This document shows positions 20,190 through 28,243 of a stretch of DNA of 46,886 nucleotides, piece after piece. Source of the stretch: Wenzhouxiangella sp. (GTDB lineage: Bacteria; Pseudomonadota; Gammaproteobacteria; Xanthomonadales; Wenzhouxiangellaceae); NCBI GenBank assembly GCA_007128175.1, contig SKXY01000091.1, forward strand, positions 1 through 46,886, written 5' to 3'. The notes below the pieces were generated by a model. That model searched no databases. It worked only from the letters and a program-made list of their open reading frames with translations, and was not told the origin of the DNA. Position 1 is the stretch's first letter; each line of letters starts with the position of its first letter. Position numbers and translations under genes: made by a program.

Positions 20190-20803
20190 AACGGCCGGGT
20201 ATGTTCCGTGTTGTCGTGATCATTGTTGCCGCGCTCGCGGTCGGCGCCTGTGCCGTGCGCGAGGAGAGGCCGGCGGGCGCATGGATGGATGAACGCGAGG
20301 CCTGGTTTGCCGTTCATCCGGTGTGGTCGGTCAGTGGACGCGCGGCCATCCGTGACGGGCAGCGAGGCGGACAGGTCGCTTTTGACTGGCAGGCCACCGG
20401 TGACCGCCATCGCGTACATCTGCGTACGGTCACGGGTGGACGTCAGTGGTTGCTGGAATTCGAGCCGGGCTTTGCCGAACTGGAAGGAACCGATGTCGGT
20501 CGCATCGTCGGACCGGACCCCAACGAGCTGGTCGAGGCCGCTGTTGGATGGGCCATTCCCGTGGTCGAATTGTCCGACTGGATACGCGGACTGGTGGCGG
20601 AAACCCACGGGAAGGTCGAGTTCGCCCCTGACGGCACCCTCAGGCGGGTTGCGCTGGATCCCTGGGAATTGTCCTACCAGCGATTCGACGAGGTCGACGG
20701 CCAGTTGATGCCCGCCCGGCTGGAAGCGGAAAGCCCGCCATACCGCGTGCGGCTGGTGCTTCGATCCTGGAAGTGGCAGTCGGCCAACCGTCAACTCGAT
20801 TGA
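20186..20803 (+). CDS. lolB: Outer-membrane lipoprotein insertase LolB
   Basis: Lipobox VGAC, W..SGRAAI, FDWQ, GWAIPV..L.DWIRG; position after the TPR gene. Confidence 0.85.
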   Translation: MKRPGMFRVVVIIVAALAVGACAVREERPAGAWMDEREAWFAVHPVWSVSGRAAIRDGQRGGQVAFDWQATGDRHRVHLRTVTGGRQWLLEFEPGFAELEGTDVGRIVGPDPNELVEAAVGWAIPVVELSDWIRGLVAETHGKVEFAPDGTLRRVALDPWELSYQRFDEVDGQLMPARLEAESPPYRVRLVLRSWKWQSANRQLD

Positions 20804-20844
20804 TCCATCTCGGTCATTGGGCTAGCACCCGACTGTAAAATCGT

Positions 20845-20850
20845 TATAAT
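20845..20850 (+). promoter_or_regulatory. Sigma70 -10 box upstream of tRNA-Gln/prs
   Basis: TATAAT followed by GC-rich discriminator-like sequence; -35 poor. Confidence 0.45.
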
Positions 20851-20910
20851 TACCGCCCCGGGAGCGGCCGGCTCGACATTCGGTTGCCTCAATGCCCGAT
20901 TGATTTCTGC

Positions 20911-20987
20911 TGGGACGTCGCCAAGTTGGTTAAGGCACGGGGTTTTGATCCCCGCATTCGCAGGTTCGAGTCCTGCCGTCCCAGCCA
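20911..20987 (+). tRNA. tRNA-Gln (TTG)
   Basis: Acceptor TGGGACG/CGTCCCA, anticodon arm CGGGG-TTTTGAT-CCCCG, T-loop TTCGAGT, encoded CCA. Confidence 0.97.
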
Positions 20988-21023
20988 TTTCACTTTACTT
21001 ACCAGACCACAACGGGTGCGCTC

Positions 21024-21977
21024 TTGACTCATTCCTCGCTGATGGTTTTTACCGGGAACGCCAACCCGGAACTCGCCCACTCCATTGCGGAAAATCTCGG
21101 TGTTCCCATGGGACGCGCCAATGTCGGCCGATTCAGTGACGGTGAGGTCATGGTCGAGATCATGGAAAACGTTCGCGGACGCGACGTCTACCTGGTGCAA
21201 CCGACCTGTCAGCCCACGGCCGACAATTTCATGGAGTTGCTGGTGATGATCGATGCGCTGGCACGCGCCTCCGCTGCCCGTGTGACTGCCATCATCCCTT
21301 ACTTCGGCTATGCCCGCCAGGACCGTCGTCCGCGTTCGTCGCGCGTACCGATCACGGCAAAGGTCGCCGCGCGCATGATCAGCGTGGCTGGCACCGATCG
21401 TGTCGTAACCGTCGATCTGCATGCCGATCAGATTCAGGGGTTTTTCGACATCCCGGTCGATAATGTCTATGCGTCGCCGCTGACCCTGGCCGATATCTGG
21501 AAGCACTACACCTCTGACGAAATCATCGTCGTTTCACCTGACGTCGGCGGTGTGGTGCGTGCCCGCGCCATCGCCAAGCGCCTCGACGCCGACCTGGCCA
21601 TCATCGACAAGCGGCGCCCGCGCGCCAACGAAGCCACGGTGATGAATCTCATCGGTGACGTGGAAGGCAAGATCTGCGTGCTGGTCGATGACATGATCGA
21701 CACCGCTGGCACGCTGTGCTCGGCGGCCGGCGCGCTGAAGGACAAGGGTGCACGCAAGGTGGTGGCCTACTGCGTACATCCCATACTGTCGGGCCCGGCG
21801 ATCGACAATATCAGCAATTCGCGTATCGACGAAATCGTCGTCACCGATACCATTCCGTTGAGCCAGGAGGCCATCGACTGCGGCCGAATTCGTCAACTTT
21901 CGGTTGCCCAGATGCTGGCCGAGACCATTCGCCGGATGTCGGAGGGGGAGTCGGTGAGTTCGCTTTATGTCGACTGA
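21024..21977 (+). CDS. prs: Ribose-phosphate pyrophosphokinase
   Basis: [43 protein letters not shown]. Confidence 0.97.
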   Translation: MTHSSLMVFTGNANPELAHSIAENLGVPMGRANVGRFSDGEVMVEIMENVRGRDVYLVQPTCQPTADNFMELLVMIDALARASAARVTAIIPYFGYARQDRRPRSSRVPITAKVAARMISVAGTDRVVTVDLHADQIQGFFDIPVDNVYASPLTLADIWKHYTSDEIIVVSPDVGGVVRARAIAKRLDADLAIIDKRRPRANEATVMNLIGDVEGKICVLVDDMIDTAGTLCSAAGALKDKGARKVVAYCVHPILSGPAIDNISNSRIDEIVVTDTIPLSQEAIDCGRIRQLSVAQMLAETIRRMSEGESVSSLYVD

Positions 21978-21983
21978 CACGTC

Positions 21984-22257
21984 AGGCGACAAAACGTGGA
22001 AACGTAAAGCGTGAACCGGGGGATGGCTCCTTGCCGTAGTTATGGTGCAGGGAGGCCAATGGTAAAGTCTTCGCCGTTGGCTAGCGCATAAGGCGAAACG
22101 TGGAATCGTAAAACGTAAAACGGGGGATGGGCGATACTTGTTTTTATTGCGATGGCCAATGGCGGGGCCATGCCGTTGGCCTCCGCAGCGTATCAAGAGC
22201 GCAAACCCAACCCCCGTTTTACCTTTTCACGTTTTACGTTTTCACGTTCTACGTTTC
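21984..22257. repeat. Composite intergenic repeat: two ~100-bp direct units plus an inverted copy of the AAAACGT-array
   Basis: Units at 21984-22090 and 22091-~22187; inverted array CCCCCGTTTT...ACGTTTC at 22211-22257. Confidence 0.85.
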
Positions 22258-22272
22258 TCATTCCCATCGCCG

Positions 22273-23655
22273 TCAGGTGTATCCAATCCACACCGCTACC
22301 ATCAACGCCACCGCGCCCAGCGCAAACAGCTTCACAATCAACGGAAACATGAACCGGAACCAGCGATCGTAGGGGATGCCGGCCAGGCCGATGATGCCCA
22401 TCAGTACCGGGTTGGTCGGCACGATCATGTTCATGAAGCCGTCTCCAAACTGGAAGGCGAGCACGGAGACCTGCCGGCTCACACCCACCAGGTCGCCGAT
22501 CGGCGCCATCAGCGGCATGGTCACGAAGGCCTGGCCGCTGCCGGAGGGGATGAACAGGTTGAGCACGCTCTGAATGAATAGCATGCCCACGGCCGACAGC
22601 TCGGCCGGGACCATGGAAAGCGGCGTGGCCAGCGCATTGACGATGGTGTGCAGCACCAGTCCGTCTTCCAGCAGCAGAGCGATGGAGCGGGCGAAGCCGA
22701 TCAGGATGGCGGTGCCGGCCAGTTCGGCGGCGCCACGGGTGAAGGAGTCGGCGATGCCGTCGAGCTTCAGCCCCCCGATCAGGCCCGCGACGATGGCCAG
22801 GACCAGGAACACCGCACCCAGTTCCACGAGGTACCAATCAAACACAGCAATGCCGATGACCAGTGCGACCAGCGCACCCAGCGTGGCCAGCAGCACCAGT
22901 TGACGACGGCCGTCCAGCGGCGGTTGCTCGGTGGGTTGCGGCGGCTGTGCGGCGGGTACGTCGTGGACCAGGCTGTTGGCTGGATCGGCCTGCACCCGGC
23001 GTGCGTAGCTCCAGACATGGTGAAAACCGACGGCAAAGAACGGTATCCACAACAACAATCGGTACCACATGCCCGAACCGGGTTGCAGTTCGGCGACTTC
23101 CTGCGCCACCAACAGGGTAAACGGGTTAATCACGGCCACGCCATAGCCGATGCCGTAGCCGACCACCATGATGCCGATGGCGGTGACGGTATCCATGCGC
23201 ATGGCCACGCACAACGCGATCAGGATGGCGGCGAAGGGGATGTATTCCTCGGCCATGCCCAGCGTGGCAGAGGCGATGCCGAAGGCGAGCATGCCGACCA
23301 GTATCAGCGCTGCCGGCAGGTTGCCGAAGCGCGCGATGATGCGGTCGAGCAGGGCGTCGATGGCGCCGGTCTGGCGGATCACGGCCAGGGCGCCGCCGAT
23401 GATCAGCACGAAGAAAATGATGCCCTGGGCGTCGGCCAGGGCCCGCGGGACGACGGTGAACAGCGACCAGGGTGAAAGCGTGGGGGCGTCCTCCTTCATG
23501 GTCTCGAAGGTGCCGGGCACCACCATGTCGCGGCCGGCCTCGTTGACCTCGGTGTCGAAGCTGCCGGCCGGCAGAATCCAGGTCAGGGCCAGCGCCACCA
23601 CCATCATGGCGAACATCAGTACCAGCGTGTGCGGCACGCGAAACGGCTTGGACAT
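22273..23655 (-). CDS. YfcC / C4-dicarboxylate anaerobic carrier-family membrane transporter
   Basis: [50 protein letters not shown]; start moved to ATG 23655 (GGGAGA RBS). Confidence 0.88.
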   Translation of the reverse strand: MSKPFRVPHTLVLMFAMMVVALALTWILPAGSFDTEVNEAGRDMVVPGTFETMKEDAPTLSPWSLFTVVPRALADAQGIIFFVLIIGGALAVIRQTGAIDALLDRIIARFGNLPAALILVGMLAFGIASATLGMAEEYIPFAAILIALCVAMRMDTVTAIGIMVVGYGIGYGVAVINPFTLLVAQEVAELQPGSGMWYRLLLWIPFFAVGFHHVWSYARRVQADPANSLVHDVPAAQPPQPTEQPPLDGRRQLVLLATLGALVALVIGIAVFDWYLVELGAVFLVLAIVAGLIGGLKLDGIADSFTRGAAELAGTAILIGFARSIALLLEDGLVLHTIVNALATPLSMVPAELSAVGMLFIQSVLNLFIPSGSGQAFVTMPLMAPIGDLVGVSRQVSVLAFQFGDGFMNMIVPTNPVLMGIIGLAGIPYDRWFRFMFPLIVKLFALGAVALMVAVWIGYT

Positions 23656-23793
23656 GTGTCGTGTTCTCCCTCGAAACCCGGTCATTGTCGGGGCGCGGCC
23701 GGTCGGGCAGCGACCCGGGCCGCGCTATTGTGGCAGAAGGAAGCCACGAATGCATGCCACCGCCGGTGCCGGCGGCGGCCAATTGCACTCAGT

Positions 23794-25584
23794 TCAGAAG
23801 GTTTCTGCGTCCAGCGACATCATCGAAGCGGCGCCGGCGCGGATCTTCATGTCCAGGGCAACCGTATCGGGCAGCATGCGTTGCATGAAAAAGCGCGCGG
23901 TGTCGAGCTTGGCCGTGCAGAAACTTTCGTTGCCGTCACCCTGTTCGAGTCGTTTCAGCGCGGTTCGAGCCTGGCCGGCCCAGGACCAGGCCATGGCGGT
24001 CAGCGCGAACTGGTGCAGGTAGTCGACCGAGGCGGCACCGGCCTCAAGCGGGTCGGCAGCCATCTTCTGATAGACCCAGGCGGTGGTCTCTTTCAATCGA
24101 TCCAGTGCTTCGGTCAGCGGCTCGATGAACTCGCCCATGGCTTCTTCGCCGGAGGCTTCAGCCACCAGCTTGCCGGCCGTCTCGAAGAACGACTGGATGG
24201 TTTTGCCGCTGTCGACGACCAGCTTGCGCCCGACCAGGTCCAGTGCCTGGATGCCGTTGGTGCCTTCGTAGATCCGGGTGATGCGCGCATCGCGCATGAA
24301 CTGCTCCACGCCGGTGTCGACGATGTAGCCGGCGCCACCGTGGACCTGTATGCCCAGACTGGTGGTCTCGAAGCCCATGTCGGTGAAGTAGGCCTTGATG
24401 ATGGGGGTCATCAATGCCACCCAGTGGCCGGCCTTTTCCCTGACCGTCTCGTCGGGATGGCGCAGTTGCACTTCGAGCTGCAGGGCGGTGTACAGGCCGA
24501 TGGCACGAGCCCCTTCGATGAAGGCACGCGAAGTCATCAGCATGCGGCGCACGTCGGGATGGACGATGATCGGGTCGGCCGGCTTGTCCGGGAACTTCAC
24601 ACCGTCCAGGCCGCGGCCCTGCAGCCGCTCACGGGCGAATTCCGCCGCGTTCTGATAGGCTGCCGACCCCAGCCCCAGCCCCTGAATGCCGGTCTCCAGG
24701 CGGGCAGCATTCATCATGGTGAACATGTAGGCCAGGCCGCGGTGCGGTTCACCGACCAGGTAGCCGGTGGCGTTGTCGTAGATCATCTCGCAGGTGGCCG
24801 AGGCCTTGATGCCCATCTTGTGGTCGATGCCACCGCAGCGCACCCCGTTGCGCTCGCCGAGACTGCCGTCTTCGTTGACATTGAACTTGGGCACGATGAA
24901 CAGGCTGATGCCGCGGGTGCCCTCGGGCGCATCGGGCAGGCGGGCGAGCACCATGTGAATGATGTTGTCGGCCATGTCGTGCTCGCCGGCCGAGATCCAG
25001 ATCTTGGTGCCGGAAATCCGGTAGCTGCCGTCGTTATTCGGCTCGGCGCGGGTGCGGATCAGGCCCAGGTCGGTGCCGCAATGCGGTTCGGTCAGATTCA
25101 TGGTGCCGGTCCATTCACCGGAAATCATCTTCGGCAGGTAAAGGTCTTTCTGTTCCTGGCTGCCGTGCGTGTTCAGGGCCTCCCAGGCGCCGTGCGAGAG
25201 CGCCGGGTACATGCCCCAGGAGGTGTTGGACGCGGTGATCATCTCGGCCATGGCCAGCCCGAGCACATAGGGCAGGCCCTGTCCGCCATGTTCGGGGCTT
25301 GAAGTCAGCCCGGGCCAGCCGGCCTCGCAGTATGCCTGGTAGGCCGTACGGAATCCTTCGGGTGTGGTCACTTCGCCGTCGGCAAATTGACAGCCTTCCA
25401 GGTCGCCGGGGCCATTGAGCGGGTGCAGCACAGATTCACAAAAGCGGGCGCCTTCCTCAAGCACGGCATCGATGGTTTCACGGTCGATTTCAGCGAAGGA
25501 TGGCAATTCACTGAAATCGTTCAAATCGAGATAATCGTGCAGCAGAAACTGGAAATCGTTGAGCGGTGCCTGGTAAACGGTCAT
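23794..25584 (-). CDS. Acyl-CoA dehydrogenase (~600-aa family with C-terminal domain)
   Basis: GTMNLTEPHCGTDLG, GTKIWISAGEHD, KMGIKASAT, QVHGGAGY, IYEGTNGIQALDL; start moved to ATG 25584. Confidence 0.93.
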   Translation of the reverse strand: MTVYQAPLNDFQFLLHDYLDLNDFSELPSFAEIDRETIDAVLEEGARFCESVLHPLNGPGDLEGCQFADGEVTTPEGFRTAYQAYCEAGWPGLTSSPEHGGQGLPYVLGLAMAEMITASNTSWGMYPALSHGAWEALNTHGSQEQKDLYLPKMISGEWTGTMNLTEPHCGTDLGLIRTRAEPNNDGSYRISGTKIWISAGEHDMADNIIHMVLARLPDAPEGTRGISLFIVPKFNVNEDGSLGERNGVRCGGIDHKMGIKASATCEMIYDNATGYLVGEPHRGLAYMFTMMNAARLETGIQGLGLGSAAYQNAAEFARERLQGRGLDGVKFPDKPADPIIVHPDVRRMLMTSRAFIEGARAIGLYTALQLEVQLRHPDETVREKAGHWVALMTPIIKAYFTDMGFETTSLGIQVHGGAGYIVDTGVEQFMRDARITRIYEGTNGIQALDLVGRKLVVDSGKTIQSFFETAGKLVAEASGEEAMGEFIEPLTEALDRLKETTAWVYQKMAADPLEAGAASVDYLHQFALTAMAWSWAGQARTALKRLEQGDGNESFCTAKLDTARFFMQRMLPDTVALDMKIRAGAASMMSLDAETF

Positions 25585-25611
25585 GGCAGATCTGTCCTCT
25601 CGTTTTCTCAA

Positions 25612-25627
25612 CATACGGATGCGTATG
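25612..25627. promoter_or_regulatory. Palindromic operator candidate upstream of the acyl-CoA dehydrogenase
   Basis: CATACG-gatg-CGTATG perfect inverted repeat about 28 nt upstream of the start. Confidence 0.45.
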
Positions 25628-25661
25628 GAGTTAGCATAACACGTTCTTGATCGCCGCCGAT

Positions 25662-25675
25662 TTGATGGTCGTCAA
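25662..25675. promoter_or_regulatory. FNR/Anr-type box
   Basis: TTGAT-ggtc-GTCAA (1 mismatch to TTGAT-N4-ATCAA); AACAAT at 25698-25703 fits class II geometry for the cNMP gene. Confidence 0.65.
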
Positions 25676-25738
25676 TGATATCCTGATGTCACTGACCAAC
25701 AATCCCGAGCAATCTGAAAAGGAAACGCGGAGCTAGCC

Positions 25739-26212
25739 ATGAATCAATCGGATATTGCCCGGCACCTGTCGGAACAGAACTTCTTCTCCGACCTGTCGGA
25801 GAAGCACATTGAGTGGCTGGCTGGGCAGGCGGTCGAGACCCGTTTCGATACCGATCAGCTGGTTGCCCGCCAGGGTGAGCGTGCCGATCGCTTCTTCCTG
25901 TTGCTCGAAGGCAGCCTGGGCGTGGAAATTCCGGCAATTGCAGGCCCGAAACTCGAGGTCACGAAACTCGGCCCGGGGCAGGTTTTCGGCTGGTCCTGGC
26001 TGATCCGTCCCTACAAGTGGCACTTCAATGCCAGGGCGCTGGCGCCGACGCGGGTCCTGGATTTCGATGGCAAGGCCATCCTCGAACGTTGCGAGGAGGA
26101 TCCGGTATTCGGTTACGCGTTGTTCAAGCTGTTCTCCTACCTGATGGCCACCCGGCTCGAATCAGCCCAGCGCAAGATGATGGATCAGTGGGCACCGGCT
26201 GGGTTGCCGTGA
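25739..26212 (+). CDS. Stand-alone cyclic nucleotide-binding domain protein (no HTH)
   Basis: QGERADRFFLLLEG, LGPGQVFGWSWL..PYKWHFNARA; 157 aa. Confidence 0.88.
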   Translation: MNQSDIARHLSEQNFFSDLSEKHIEWLAGQAVETRFDTDQLVARQGERADRFFLLLEGSLGVEIPAIAGPKLEVTKLGPGQVFGWSWLIRPYKWHFNARALAPTRVLDFDGKAILERCEEDPVFGYALFKLFSYLMATRLESAQRKMMDQWAPAGLP

Positions 26213-26285
26213 TTGGAGCGGCTATAGTTCGGGATGGGGGACCGTGAAATCCTTGTTATTTATTCGATGCGACGAGCGGGATAAC

Positions 26286-26345
26286 CCGAAATTCGAAGCA
26301 TGAAATCCGAAACTGTCCAATGATCGAAATTCCAGTGCTCGAAAC
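26286..26345. repeat. Imperfect heptamer array (CCGAAAT TCGAAGC ATGAAAT CCGAAAC ...)
   Basis: Four 7-nt units at 26286-26313, then degenerate TCGAAAT/CTCGAAAC units. Confidence 0.65.
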
Positions 26346-26383
26346 GGCGTTGGAGGTGCCTTGACACTACCCGCTGCATCGAA

Positions 26384-26409
26384 GCCACCGGCATGAACCG
26401 GTGGCCTTT
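26384..26409. terminator. Hairpin between convergent genes, possible terminator
   Basis: GCCACCGG-catgaa-CCGGTGGC with only short T-tracts. Confidence 0.5.
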
Positions 26410-26427
26410 GCATCTGGTTCCGTCTGA

Positions 26428-27621
26428 TCAGGCCGCTTTGGAGCGGCGGGCGTGGGCGGCTGCCAGCGCCTGGTCTAGGTCGGACCACAGGTGCTCGACT
26501 TCCTCGAGGCCGACCGACAGGCGCAACAACCCTTCCCGAATTCCGCAGTTGTTGCGATCGCTCTCGTCGACCACCCGGTGGGTGAGTCCGGCAGGATGCT
26601 GGATGAGCGTGTCGACCGATCCCAGGCTGACTGCGGGGGTCATCAGCTTCACGCATGAGATGACCTCGGCAGCGGGGGTATATCCGCCCGCCACATCGAA
26701 CGACAGGACGCAGCCCGGGCCTTCCATCTGACGTTGCATCAGCCCGTCGCCGTCCTGGTCCGGCAGTCCCGGGTAGTAGACCCGCTCGATGCGCGGATCC
26801 TCGGCCAACCGTCGCGCCAGTTCTCCGGCAACCGCCTGGGCACGCTCGATTCGCAGCTTCAGCGTGGGCAGGCTGCGGTGCAGCAGGTAGGCCGCCCACG
26901 GGTGGAGCAGGGCGCCGGTGGCCACGCGCACCTGGCGGAGCCTTGCCGCCCATGTTTCAGAGCAGGCCATGATGCCGGCAATGACATCGCCGTGACCGCC
27001 GAGGAACTTGGTCGCGCTGTGCATGACCATGGCTGCGCCATGCTCGATCGGCCGCTGCAGAACCGGGGTGGCGAAGGTCGAGTCGACGATGACGGGTACA
27101 TCGCCCGCCTGGGCGACGACGTCGGCGATGTCGATCAGTTCCAGGGTTGGGTTCCCCGGTGTTTCGATGAGAACGAACGCCGTGTCCGGCCGGATTGCAT
27201 CGGCGATTGTGTCAGGTTCCACCCAGCTGACTTCGTTGCCCAGCAGGCCGCTGGTCAGCAGATGGTCGGTGGTGCCGTAGATCGGGCGTACCGCCACGAT
27301 GTGATTGCCGCGCTCGCGCGTGGCCAGCACCGCGGCCGTCAGGGCGGCCATGCCGGAGCTGAAGGCCACCGCGGCTTCGGCGCCCTCGGCAGCGGCCAGC
27401 GCCCTCTCGTAGCGCGCCACGCCGGGGTTGAACAGGCGCGCATAGACCGGGTTTTCGGCCTCGGCATGACCGGCGACCAGATCGTCGAGGCTTTGCGTGC
27501 CCTGTTCCAGGCTTGTGACCGGATAGGTGGTGGACATGTCCAGCGGCAGGGCGTGAACACCGAGCTCCCGCAAGTCCTCCCGACCGGCGTGAACGCCGAG
27601 CGTGTGATCGAGCTTGTCCAT
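26428..27621 (-). CDS. PLP-dependent Cys/Met metabolism enzyme (methionine gamma-lyase-like)
   Basis: [64 protein letters not shown]. Confidence 0.9.
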   Translation of the reverse strand: MDKLDHTLGVHAGREDLRELGVHALPLDMSTTYPVTSLEQGTQSLDDLVAGHAEAENPVYARLFNPGVARYERALAAAEGAEAAVAFSSGMAALTAAVLATRERGNHIVAVRPIYGTTDHLLTSGLLGNEVSWVEPDTIADAIRPDTAFVLIETPGNPTLELIDIADVVAQAGDVPVIVDSTFATPVLQRPIEHGAAMVMHSATKFLGGHGDVIAGIMACSETWAARLRQVRVATGALLHPWAAYLLHRSLPTLKLRIERAQAVAGELARRLAEDPRIERVYYPGLPDQDGDGLMQRQMEGPGCVLSFDVAGGYTPAAEVISCVKLMTPAVSLGSVDTLIQHPAGLTHRVVDESDRNNCGIREGLLRLSVGLEEVEHLWSDLDQALAAAHARRSKAA

Positions 27622-27658
27622 GACTGCTTTCTCCAGGGGGTTGACCTGAAGGTGATTT

Positions 27659-27704
27659 TAGAATCATATTAGGGGATAGTGTTGCAAACAGAATAAGATT
27701 CTGT
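27659..27704. promoter_or_regulatory. Two Lrp/AsnC-type binding sites
   Basis: Perfect ACAGAAT-aag-ATTCTGT (27688-27704) and degenerate TAGAAT-cat-ATTAG about 30 bp away, in the AT-rich divergent spacer. Confidence 0.7.
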
Positions 27705-27714
27705 AGATAGCTGT

Positions 27715-28197
27715 ATGACCGAAGTGGATGCAAAAGATATCGAGATTATCCGCCTGCTGCGGAAGAATGCTCGGCTCTCGAACAAGGAGTTGGCGGCTGG
27801 AGTCGGGCTGGCGCCGTCCAGTTGCCTGGAGCGGGTGCGCCGACTGCGCATGTCACGGGTATTGACCGGCTACCATGCCGACGTCGATCCGGATGCCCTG
27901 GGTATCGGTTTGCAGGCAATGGTGGCCGTTCGACTGGCTCGTCATGCACGCGCGGGTGTCGAGTCCTTTGAGCGTCATCTCGAGTCATTGAGCGAGGTGG
28001 TCACGATATTCCACGTTGCCGGTGCCAATGATTACCTGGTTCACGTGGCCGTCAGCGACTCCGCCCATCTTCGCGAACTGGCCTTGTCGGCGTTCACCGA
28101 GCGCCCAGAGGTGGCCCATATCGAAACCCAGCTGATCTTTCGGCATCAGCGCAACTATGAATTGCCGGTTTACGTGAAACTGGACGATCAACGGTGA
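27715..28197 (+). CDS. Lrp/AsnC family transcriptional regulator
   Basis: DAKDIEIIRLLRKNARLSNKELA..VGLAPSSCLERVRRL HTH; AGANDYLVHV. Confidence 0.94.
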   Translation: MTEVDAKDIEIIRLLRKNARLSNKELAAGVGLAPSSCLERVRRLRMSRVLTGYHADVDPDALGIGLQAMVAVRLARHARAGVESFERHLESLSEVVTIFHVAGANDYLVHVAVSDSAHLRELALSAFTERPEVAHIETQLIFRHQRNYELPVYVKLDDQR

Positions 28198-28243
28198 TGC
28201 CGCGGCCGTTGCCTGGCCACGCTCGTTCCGCTCACCGGGGAAA

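Noticed and set aside
21984-22257. Possible mini-CRISPR array
   Set aside because: Only two degenerate units with internal periodicity and an inverted copy; no identical repeats and no cas genes.
27622-27714. SAM or other riboswitch ahead of the Met/Cys lyase
   Set aside because: The spacer is 93 bp, AT-rich and occupied by Lrp-type sites; no aptamer-like structure.
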